Below, one piece after another: positions 9,601-17,028 of a stretch of 64,000 nucleotides of DNA. Each line of letters starts with the position of its first letter. Positions within the stretch are counted from its first letter, which is position 1. Position numbers and translations under genes: made by a program. The notes beneath the pieces were generated by a model, which had not been told where the DNA came from, searched no databases, and was given only the letters and a program-made list of their open reading frames with translations. This DNA is from an uncultured Bacilli bacterium (GTDB lineage Bacteria > Bacillota_I > Bacilli_A > RF39 > UBA660). Where the stretch lies: the NCBI GenBank assembly GCA_934096275.1, contig CAKOLK010000001.1, positions 15,876 to 79,875 of the forward strand, read 5' to 3'.

Positions 9601-11000
9601 TCTGTTATATTAGTTAGTTTTATAATATGTGGTTGTAATTTAACACCAGGATTAATTAATCTATCAAATCTATCTATTATTTCACCATTTTTAATTTTTA
9701 CTGCTCCGATTTCAATGATTGAGTCTCCCCCACCAGCATTAAATCCTGTTGTTTCAAAGTCGAATACTACATAAGTATTATCCATTAAAACACTCTCATC
9801 TGGTCTTTTAACTAAATCAATATCATCATCTATCATAGATAGTTCTACACCATATAATATTTTAATTTCATTCTTATGATGGAATGCTTCAGGGAATGTT
9901 GGAATACCATTATGATCTGTTATAGCTAGTGCTTTATGTCCCCATTTAATTGCACGTTTTATAAGATTTTTTACATCTACTACTCCATCCATTTGACTCA
10001 TCATAGTATGAGCATGCAACTCTACTCTTTTAACTTCAGCATCATCCATTTTTATTTTTTCTTCTTTTTCAATGAATTCAATAGTTCTGGCATTTAGTAC
10101 AAAGTCATTATAAAAAGTATTATTTTTTACATAACCATTTATTCTAACCCACATTCCTTCCTTAAACTTAGCAAGTGTTTCTTCATATTCTTCAAAAGAA
10201 TTAAGGAATAATCTTACATACATACTACTTTTAAAATCAGTAACTTTTAATGTAAACGAATTAAAACCTTTCTTAGTACTAGGACTAATTCCAAATATTT
10301 GCACTTCAACATTTATATCATTTACTTCATATGTAATAGCACTAAGAGGGGTAATATCTCCTTTTACTTCACCAAAAAGACCAGTTTTTCTACGATAATT
10401 TGCTCTTTCATATTTAGGTTTAAACTCATTATTATAAGTTGGTTTATCATTAGTACTTTCATTACTATTTTTTTCTACATATGAAACATTATTAAAATCA
10501 TTTTTAATACTATTTTTTATCTCATCTGCTTTTTCTTCATTTAATCTATATTCTAATTCATTAAAACCATAATTTTTTAAATATTCATTCATTTCACTAA
10601 ACTTATTATTTAATATATCTATTTCACTTTTATTATAGACCTCAATATAATAAGCATCTCCATCATTTACTAATCTATCACTAAATAAATTGTAATAAAA
10701 ATTATTGTTATTAGAAAGGATTAATATGTTTTTATAGTACTCATTAAGCAATTTATAATCTATTTCATCAACACTTATATATAGATTATATTTATAATTA
10801 TTCTTAGTATATTCTTTTAAACATGATAAAAAGCAATTGATTGCTTCATATCTAAAATTGGTATTATTTTTCATATAAATATCCCATTGTTTTTTTGAAT
10901 CAATGACTACTATTTTATTTATTGAGGTATTATTAAAGTCTTCATACATAGACTCTGGATAATTAATTTTATCAAGTAGATTCTTTATTTTTTCACTCAT
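6642..11000 (-). CDS. polC: DNA polymerase III, PolC-type alpha subunit
   Basis: 1452 aa with a PHP domain (ELHAHTMMSQMDG), an inserted DEDD exonuclease (VVFDFETTG..., HNAKFDSSFL, HRADYDA), a zinc module (CPNC...CEC) and the polymerase core. Confidence 0.97.
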   Translation of the reverse strand: MSEKIKNLLDKINYPESMYEDFNNTSINKIVVIDSKKQWDIYMKNNTNFRYEAINCFLSCLKEYTKNNYKYNLYISVDEIDYKLLNEYYKNILILSNNNNFYYNLFSDRLVNDGDAYYIEVYNKSEIDILNNKFSEMNEYLKNYGFNELEYRLNEEKADEIKNSIKNDFNNVSYVEKNSNESTNDKPTYNNEFKPKYERANYRRKTGLFGEVKGDITPLSAITYEVNDINVEVQIFGISPSTKKGFNSFTLKVTDFKSSMYVRLFLNSFEEYEETLAKFKEGMWVRINGYVKNNTFYNDFVLNARTIEFIEKEEKIKMDDAEVKRVELHAHTMMSQMDGVVDVKNLIKRAIKWGHKALAITDHNGIPTFPEAFHHKNEIKILYGVELSMIDDDIDLVKRPDESVLMDNTYVVFDFETTGFNAGGGDSIIEIGAVKIKNGEIIDRFDRLINPGVKLQPHIIKLTNITDEMLVDCPNEEEAVKEFIEWYGDLPMVAHNAKFDSSFLEMAYQKYNLGEYKNVLLDTLQLSRALDSGASRHSLSALVKRYDIPWDEDAHHRADYDAEATALIFHKMMVKLNAKQIYKMNQIDDLVSKEDIHKFGELFHINILVKNQTGLKNLFKIVSLANTKYLYKTPRILRSEIERLREGLLIGSSCANGEIFRQARSKSEEELGDLMNFYDYVEVQPPDVYSYLIDLDDFKNNEEVLLNIKKIIEVAETKNKMVVATGDVHQLDKEDTIYRKIIVNQKVPGGGRHPLNKKDIKDIPSMYFRTTNEMLNDFSFLGEDKAYEIVVTNTNKVADLVEEVEIIPDTHGIPFSPRFENSQETIKSICYNKAHSIYGDPLPELIQTRLDQELNGIINGGFDTIYLIAQKLVEKSNSDGYQVGSRGSVGSSFVATMLGVTEVNPLPAHYVCPNCKKTIFNNDEGIPYGKDYPSGYDLPDRKCECGALFKKEGQDMPFATFLGFNADKVPDIDLNFSGDYQPVAHNYTKVLFGEDHVFRAGTIGTVAEKTAFGFVKGYYEDRGITDIKMLEVERLAKGVTGIKRTTGQHPGGIVVVPDYKDIYDFTPFQYPADSDDSEWFTTHFNYHDIESCLLKLDILGHDNPTIFKMLYDLTGIDPTTIPMDDKEVMSLFSSTKALGVTPEQIECEVGCVGLPEFTRFVIGIVLETKPKTFAELVKISGLSHGTDVWNGNAQELVRNNICPFSQVIGCRDDIMVYLSNHGVKPIDAFKIMELVRKGKQKKEKEKWDNYKVLLKETGIADWYIDSCDKIKYMFPKAHATAYVSAAWRIAWYKINRAIEYYATFFSVKCFAFDLEVMEAGYDAIKEKYDEMNVNKFGLSVKEQDLLSTLEVALEMTARGYKFGPVDLLKSHSMNFMIDEDRKTLIPPFRALDGLGGTVANNIITEREKGEFLSIEDLQKRGKLSSTLIEKMRLMGILKDLPESSQLSLFDMM

Positions 11001-11023
11001 AATAATACCTCCCTAAAAAAGAA

Positions 11024-11869
11024 CTATAATACTTCGATATCTTCGATTTGAACAGTTCTTATTCTTAAAACTTTTCTTTTATTTTTTATTATAAAACCTA
11101 TAAAAGTAACTAAATCAACATAACTAAGATGATTATCATATGTATAATCGTTTACATTGAAAAAGATATTGTCTCTTATCATATATTTTTGCATATCTTC
11201 TTGTTTGACTCCTAAATACATTAACCAGTAAGGATAGATTTTTTCCTTTAAAGAACGTAAGTTTTTCTTACCCATTGAGTATTTAGATTCTTCTGTTACT
11301 CTTGTATATAATTCATTAGTAAGAGCTAGTTCCGCTACTGCATCAACTATATTTCTTTCACTTGTTTTAATATTATTTAAATCGTTTTTTATTATTTTGT
11401 ACATTAAATAAGTTAGAAAATTATCTTTATCACGCATACTAACTTTTTTACCAATAGTGATTATATTAGTATCAAAGTCCGTTTCTATAACATCCAAACT
11501 AGGATGAACAACGCATATTTTATAACTATCACGTGTATCATATCTTAATATATTATTTAAATGTCTCATGTATTTTCTTCTATTTTCATCCCATATTTGA
11601 AGCAATGTATAACGATATTGACTTGTTTCTTTTTTAATTTTTTTAAATATTTGAGATGTTTCAACCATATTATAAATAGTATCATCATCAGGAATAAAGT
11701 CATCAAGTTCTTTTAAAATAATTTCTTTATCTTTATGAACTAAAGTATATTCTTTTTTATGATCCATCCACAGTTTTTGTTTTAATTTATGCACTTCCAT
11801 AGACACTGAAGACTGATACAGTAAATGCCATATAAGTAAGTGCTTATTTATTATAATATCTAACTTCAT
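11024..11869 (-). CDS. hypothetical protein (281 aa)
   Basis: Long ORF directly downstream of polC. No family recognised. Confidence 0.5.
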   Translation of the reverse strand: MKLDIIINKHLLIWHLLYQSSVSMEVHKLKQKLWMDHKKEYTLVHKDKEIILKELDDFIPDDDTIYNMVETSQIFKKIKKETSQYRYTLLQIWDENRRKYMRHLNNILRYDTRDSYKICVVHPSLDVIETDFDTNIITIGKKVSMRDKDNFLTYLMYKIIKNDLNNIKTSERNIVDAVAELALTNELYTRVTEESKYSMGKKNLRSLKEKIYPYWLMYLGVKQEDMQKYMIRDNIFFNVNDYTYDNHLSYVDLVTFIGFIIKNKRKVLRIRTVQIEDIEVL

Positions 11870-11910
11870 ACAAAATCACCTTATATATATAATATCATAA
11901 TATGAAATAT

Positions 11911-12171
11911 TTAGGAATAAAAAATAAAAAAAATACGAAAAATGTCGTATTGCTTTTTAATAATCTTTTTATAAATACCTTTATCACTAAAATCAATCAT
12001 ATCATTCAATTTCTTAATATTTATTTTAGATAACTCTTTTTTAATTTTTTCAAGTATTTTAACATCATTTAAATCTTTTGTGTATACATTAGGAATAGCT
12101 AACGTTTTATACTCAAATGGTTTATTTTCATATTTGTTAGTACATTTATTAATTACTAATAAAGCTTTCAA
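11911..12171 (-). CDS. doubtful small ORF (86 aa, TTG start only)
   Basis: ORF-track entry only. Lys-rich, with no SD seen. Confidence 0.15.
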   Translation of the reverse strand: MKALLVINKCTNKYENKPFEYKTLAIPNVYTKDLNDVKILEKIKKELSKINIKKLNDMIDFSDKGIYKKIIKKQYDIFRIFFIFYS

Positions 12172-12180
12172 GACTGTCCG

Positions 12181-13243
12181 TCAATCAGTAAGTTGATATG
12201 GTTGTTCCGAAGATCCATTTCCACTTGAAATCTTCACGTTAAATGAAAGACTTAGGACTGGGCGCACGGCATACTCGTTGTATTCGACGTTGCCGAAGTA
12301 GACGCTACCGTCATCATTAACAAGGAAAGCGAGGCGATCAGCTTCCGAAACCTGTGGAAGTAACCATGTAGTTACACTTTTATCTAACCAATTATTTGCT
12401 GTTTTACAATTTACAGAAGAAATATACTTATATAAACTGTTTGTACATTCTTTTGAAGCCGCATATCCATAGTCACTCGCATACATTAATGCTATTTTTT
12501 TATTTGCATCATTTTGTATTATTGGATTTGTTACATAATAATATCCTGTTCTATTTGCTTCATTTTTTCTTTCGTATTGCCACATTACATCCGATATCAC
12601 ACTTGCTTCTTTGTATCCTCCAAGATAATATTTTGTTGTTCCAATCATGTTTTTTGCATCACTTGTTAATGTATTATAATAATCATTATTTAAATATGTA
12701 TTTAATGTTCCTGTTACCCAATTGTTATACGTTTCAGTTGTTGTATCTTCTGTTTTATTCCAATATTTATTTCCTATTGAAGTATCTTTTATTATTTTAA
12801 TTCTATTTTCTACATTGCCATCTGTATCCTCGGTTGGTATTATTCCTATTATTCTCCATACTTCATTATTAAAAGTTACATAATTGTTTACATTTCCTCC
12901 ACGATATCTATACTCTGTTGCAAATCTTTCATCCACTTGAAGTGTATCATCTATTTCATGGGTTACTTTTTCTAATCCTCCTGTTCCTACATTAGATTCC
13001 GCAAAGTATAAGGCATTGTCTTTAGCTTTAACATATATTTTGATAGTATTCTTTGATTCTATACTACTACTCCATTTTGCATATGATGTATTTGTATAAT
13101 TATAAGAAATAATACCCGTTAATAAAAGTACAAAAATACCTATTAATGATAATAGATATTTATTATACTCTTTTACATCTTTAAATAAAGGGTTTATCTT
13201 ATAAGTATTTTGCCCCCCCCCCATACGAATATTTGTTTTCCAT
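12181..13243 (-). CDS. poly-G-gated surface-protein family, member 1 (short class); phase-OFF from the SD-proximal start in this assembly
   Basis: Signal anchor YLLSLIGIFVLLLTGIISYNY+TNTSYAKWSSS, then a ~280-aa domain shared with members 2-4 (TEYRYRGG..NNYVTFNNE.WRIIGIIPTEDT; KKIALMYASDYGYAAS; VRPVLSLS). GGAGG (13251-13255) lies 7 nt before the ATG at 13243. From that ATG the G10 tract reads MENKYSYGGGAKYL-stop. The long ORF is in frame only with ATG 13257 (inside the SD) or with the TATG at the tract edge. Confidence 0.8.
13213..13222 (-). repeat. homopolymeric G10 tract (C10 on the plus strand) in codons 8+ of member 1
   Basis: Counted by hand: tg-cccccccccc-atacg. Confidence 0.85.
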
Positions 13244-13273
13244 AATTTTACCTCCATAGTTTCTTATAAGTTA

Positions 13274-13367
13274 ATTCTATAACAAAAAAAGCACTTTTTC
13301 AAGTACTATTTTTCTCATTGATTCTTCTACTCAACAAACTTGACACGCAAACAATTATTGCTATATT
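13274..13367. promoter_or_regulatory. back-to-back divergent promoters (member 1 on minus; small-ORF cassette A on plus)
   Basis: Minus strand: TTGAAA (13297-13302), 17 nt, TAGAAT (13274-13279), with the near-palindrome GTACTTGAAAAAGTGC (13291-13306) over the -35. Plus strand: TTGACA (13340-13345), 16 nt, TATATT (13362-13367). Confidence 0.6.
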
Positions 13368-13373
13368 TATATT

Positions 13374-13606
13374 GCATGTTCGTTATGGGCGTCGGCTTCG
13401 CTACTTTTTCAAGAAAGCGAGGTGATGTATAATGAGTAGAAAGAACGACTTGATTTGCATCTTGCTTATTATCATCCTTTTCTTATTAATTATCATCTAT
13501 AGATTAATCTAAGTGTTTTAATTAATAAAAAATGCGACGTCTCTCTAATATGGGAAACGTCGCTTCAAAACACAATTGAAGCTGACGTTCATAGCAAACG
13601 TGCTTC
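13374..13606 (+). other. predicted structured small mRNA, type I toxin-like (cassette A)
   Basis: The 5' element (13374-13399) starts at the predicted +1. It can pair with the 3' element (13578-13606) over 26 positions: 20 Watson-Crick, 5 G-U, 1 mismatch. CUUCGCU (13396-13402) pairs with AGCGAGG (13416-13422), covering the SD. A central hairpin lies at 13534-13563. Confidence 0.55.
13432..13512 (+). CDS. 26-aa hydrophobic peptide MSRKNDLICILLIIILFLLIIIYRLI (candidate type I toxin)
   Basis: GAGGTGA lies 6 nt before the ATG. The peptide has a charged N-terminus plus one TM-length hydrophobic run. It is conserved with cassette B. Confidence 0.55.
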   Translation: MSRKNDLICILLIIILFLLIIIYRLI

Positions 13607-13609
13607 GTT
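13522..13609 (-). ncRNA. predicted antisense sRNA (candidate antitoxin), cassette A
   Basis: Minus-strand promoter TTGTAT (13639-13644), 17 nt, TATATT (13616-13621), conserved in cassettes A-C. The transcript would cover the 3' element and end at hairpin GCGACGTTTCCC..GAGAGACGTCGC followed by AUUUUUUAUU. Confidence 0.45.
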
Positions 13610-13664
13610 ATATATAATATACTACTTTTTGTAGTTTTATACAAGTGTTTTACTTGTTTTTTTG

Positions 13665-15305
13665 TTATCTTCCTCCAGAAGAACCTCCACCACCGAAGGA
13701 ACCTCCTCCTCCGCCACCTGAAGAGAAGCCACCTCCTCCAGATGAGTATGACTCTGCAGCACTTCTAGCGGAGTTTGCACTTGATATTCCTGAAGTATAG
13801 ATTGTATTCATAAGTAGAATATCATTATATGTATCATCTGTAATAACATCTGGATATAAGTTTTTAAACTCTTTTGCAACTTTATCTGCCATACCAAATA
13901 GTTGAGCAAATATTAAGTAATCTTGCCATAAGTGTACTTCAATTGGCATCTTTTCATACATTCTAGCAAAGTCTTTGAAGTATTTTTTAAGTCCTTTTAG
14001 ATATATTACATCAGTATATATACTATCATCAAAAACATAATAAGTTTTTGTAAATAGGAACTTCTTTTGTTTAAATGTTGTAATATTATTATTACTAACT
14101 AAATTATTTTCTTCATTATTTAACACTTTATCAAAATGTCCTAGAACTTTTTCATAATGTTTACTACAATAAGATTTAAACTCATTCTTTTCTAGAATAC
14201 CATCTTTACTTGCTTCATACATCATATTAAACATACTTAACTCATCTAAATCAGTTGGTCTTTTTGCAGGATCAAATACAATTACACTATTCTTACCATT
14301 TTTATTAGTAGTAACTATTTCCTCTTTTATCCATTTAAGAAGATAACAACCTAAAAGATCAGTATTTCTTTTTAATAAATAGTTCTTACTAGCTAAGTAA
14401 TATGCTTTTTTAAGATCTTTATTACATGGTATATCCCTAAAATAATTTACATCTTTTGGTATTGTTTTATTATCTTTGAATATGTATTTTTTACCACCAA
14501 AGATAGCTACTAGAATAGGAATAAGTATTACTAAAATCATTACTATAAAGATTATGAAGTCATAAACCCAAGAAAGATCTATAGAATCATCATCGTCATA
14601 ATCATATTCAAATGAACCTTCTTTTGCTTTTCCTGATACATCATCAAATGATGTGAAGTAATCATAACTATTAGTGGTATTAAATGTATTAAGTGGGAAC
14701 TTAACTAGTGCTACTACATATTGATTACTAAGTCCGTATTCTGTAGTAAGTTCTATGTACCCATCTTTTACATAAGCATAACCTTTATAACCATAACCCC
14801 ATACTGCTAAATCATTTGGAAAATTATAATAACTTTTTATTTTAATATCAAAGTAATCAGCGCTAGTTTTTGGTATAAATGTATTATATAATACTTGAGC
14901 ATCTGATACATTGAATATAATATTATTTATATTATATGTCACAGTAAACTTATGTCTTTTAAAGTCTCCTTTTCCAAAACATAGTTCTAATCCATCCTCA
15001 AGATAATTTATACCATACTTACCACTTTTTTGACTTAGACTAGCACTTACATCCCAGTGACTCAAACTAGTCATTTCTTTACCATCCATTAGTACTTTAT
15101 AATTACTAATAGTGGTATTTCCCATATTTTTAAATGTAGTGTACCATTCACTACCAGAGTCTGCTTTTACATCCCATGTTTCAGTAACATTAGCAGTCCC
15201 TTCTTTTGTGATATAAATATCCATATTTCTACTATAAATATTATCTGCATAAACAGAAAGTGGAAATAAGAATAAAACAAGTAACAAATATTTTAATTTT
15301 TTCAT
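13665..15305 (-). CDS. DUF2207-family membrane protein with a Gly/Ser-rich C-terminal tail
   Basis: Signal peptide, extracellular N-domain (DIYITKEGTANVTETWDV), TM segments, and the tail SSGGGGFSSGGGGGGSFGGGGSSGGR. It is adjacent to LemA, the usual pairing. Confidence 0.75.
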   Translation of the reverse strand: MKKLKYLLLVLFLFPLSVYADNIYSRNMDIYITKEGTANVTETWDVKADSGSEWYTTFKNMGNTTISNYKVLMDGKEMTSLSHWDVSASLSQKSGKYGINYLEDGLELCFGKGDFKRHKFTVTYNINNIIFNVSDAQVLYNTFIPKTSADYFDIKIKSYYNFPNDLAVWGYGYKGYAYVKDGYIELTTEYGLSNQYVVALVKFPLNTFNTTNSYDYFTSFDDVSGKAKEGSFEYDYDDDDSIDLSWVYDFIIFIVMILVILIPILVAIFGGKKYIFKDNKTIPKDVNYFRDIPCNKDLKKAYYLASKNYLLKRNTDLLGCYLLKWIKEEIVTTNKNGKNSVIVFDPAKRPTDLDELSMFNMMYEASKDGILEKNEFKSYCSKHYEKVLGHFDKVLNNEENNLVSNNNITTFKQKKFLFTKTYYVFDDSIYTDVIYLKGLKKYFKDFARMYEKMPIEVHLWQDYLIFAQLFGMADKVAKEFKNLYPDVITDDTYNDILLMNTIYTSGISSANSARSAAESYSSGGGGFSSGGGGGGSFGGGGSSGGR

Positions 15306-15316
15306 AAAACTCCTCC

Positions 15317-16993
15317 TTATCTTGAACCACCAGAGCCGCTTCCAAATGATCCTGTTCCTCCCCCACCTGAGGAGTGAGAACTTGATGAATTATTGAATAC
15401 AGCATCTGATAAGTCTTTTAATATACTACCACTAGTCTTTGTTACATTATCATTATACTCTATATCGAATAATGAATCTAGTATTATTTCAAATATATCG
15501 ATACTTTTAAACATATTTTCTGTATCTAAATTAGGATATAAAAATTTAAATTCTTTCTTAACCTTATCTGCAAGACCAAATATTTGTGCAATTATTAAGT
15601 ATTCCTTCCATAGATGTACTTCAATTGGCATTTTCTCATACATCCTAGAAAAGTCATTTAAATAATTATATAAACCCCTTAATTTATCTATATCACAGGC
15701 TAAATAGTTATTTGTCATTAGATTTAATTGTTCTAATGAATTGATATTTGGATATGCTTTCTTTACATAGTAAGATATTTTATCTTTTTCTTTATTATAT
15801 ATTGAAGTAAGTATATAGTTACTATTTCTATAATTGAATTTATACCATTTCTTTAGTTCTTTAAGTGATAAAGTATTACCATTTATTCTATTAAACATAT
15901 CATATAGATCACTTTCATATTGATTTATTATATTATTTTTATTATTAAATATTATACTTTCCTTAGTAATTGTTATATTATTATAAAGAATCCATTTTAA
16001 CATAATTGCACCAAGTAAGTTATTGCCTCTTGTTCTTAAGTATCTATAAGATATGTAATATATTTTATATAAATCATTATTACAAGGTATATCTCTATAG
16101 TATTTAAATTTTGGTTCATGTACTATATCTAATTCTTTATTATAATAACTATTATTTTTCTTTTCTTTTATAATTAATACTACTAGAATTGTTATAATTA
16201 CTATAAAAAATAAGTATATATTAGCTATTATAAATGTATCACTAGAAGTTATCTTTTTAATTTTTTCTATCACTTTATTTTCTTTTTTTGTTTCATACTT
16301 TATCGCACCATCTTCAGCCATATTATAATAAGTATTAAAGTCTTCATCTAGTTTAGCTTTTGCTTTGAAAGTATCTTTATTGAATCTAGCTAACAAAACC
16401 ATATATTCATTAGTTTTTAGTCCTTTTGAATTACTAAGTATTATTTTTCCATCTTTTAGATTAATTAGTCCTCCATAGTTACCATATCCTCTTAAAAAGA
16501 TGTCTTTATATTTAAAATCACTATAAATAGTAATTTGATAACTATTAAAGCTTTGATGAAGAAGATCCCAATATATCATTTGATAATCAGTAGTATTTAC
16601 AACAAAATTAGTTATATCATAAGTAAACGTATAAGTATTATTACCATATTCTGATATCCCAAAACATAACTCTACTCCAGTATCTGTTTTATTAATACCA
16701 CTTTTGTATTTCTTTTCATCAAATGTTTTCTTAGTATTCCACCAAGTATTTTTAAACTCTTTACCATTCATAGATACTTTTAAGTTCTTTATTTTTGATT
16801 TACCTAAGTTATTATACGCTTTATAAAGCTCAGTATTTGAATCAAAATAACCAGTCCATACCTCAGTAACATGAGCATTACCTGTATTATCAATATAAAT
16901 ATCCATAGTATTTTTATCAAATGTTTCTGCATTTACATTTAGTATTAGAAAAAAGAATATAAAAGTAAATAGTATGTATTTTAGTTTTTTCAT
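15317..16993 (-). CDS. DUF2207-family membrane protein (paralog)
   Basis: Same architecture as 13665-15305 (DIYIDNTGNAHVTEVWTG...; shared FSRMYEKMPIEVHLW..YLI.AQ.FG.ADKV; Gly/Ser tail). Confidence 0.75.
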   Translation of the reverse strand: MKKLKYILFTFIFFFLILNVNAETFDKNTMDIYIDNTGNAHVTEVWTGYFDSNTELYKAYNNLGKSKIKNLKVSMNGKEFKNTWWNTKKTFDEKKYKSGINKTDTGVELCFGISEYGNNTYTFTYDITNFVVNTTDYQMIYWDLLHQSFNSYQITIYSDFKYKDIFLRGYGNYGGLINLKDGKIILSNSKGLKTNEYMVLLARFNKDTFKAKAKLDEDFNTYYNMAEDGAIKYETKKENKVIEKIKKITSSDTFIIANIYLFFIVIITILVVLIIKEKKNNSYYNKELDIVHEPKFKYYRDIPCNNDLYKIYYISYRYLRTRGNNLLGAIMLKWILYNNITITKESIIFNNKNNIINQYESDLYDMFNRINGNTLSLKELKKWYKFNYRNSNYILTSIYNKEKDKISYYVKKAYPNINSLEQLNLMTNNYLACDIDKLRGLYNYLNDFSRMYEKMPIEVHLWKEYLIIAQIFGLADKVKKEFKFLYPNLDTENMFKSIDIFEIILDSLFDIEYNDNVTKTSGSILKDLSDAVFNNSSSSHSSGGGGTGSFGSGSGGSR

Positions 16994-17028
16994 ATTTTTT
17001 CCTCCAAAAAAAGACTTACAATGTAAGT

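Noticed and set aside
13255-13257. The ATG of ATGGAGG used by the ORF track as the start of members 1 and 4, which would make G10 the in-frame (ON) state.
   Set aside because: This ATG is part of the only SD-like sequence and has none of its own. The equivalent frame is closed by a stop in member 3 and absent in members 2 and 5. All five loci have an ATG exactly 7 nt after GGAGG. It is kept only as an alternative hypothesis.
13639-13664. Hairpin ACAAGT-gttt-tACTTGT plus a T-run as the dedicated terminator of the cassette A mRNA.
   Set aside because: It has a 6-bp stem, is present only at cassette A, and is equally explained as the terminator of the convergent DUF2207 operon. It was left unannotated.
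13681-13745. GC-rich stretches at the 3' ends of the DUF2207 genes (also 15320-15380) as further variable regions.
   Set aside because: They simply encode Gly/Ser-rich tails (GGN/TCN codons). There is no paralog-specific codon-position pattern.
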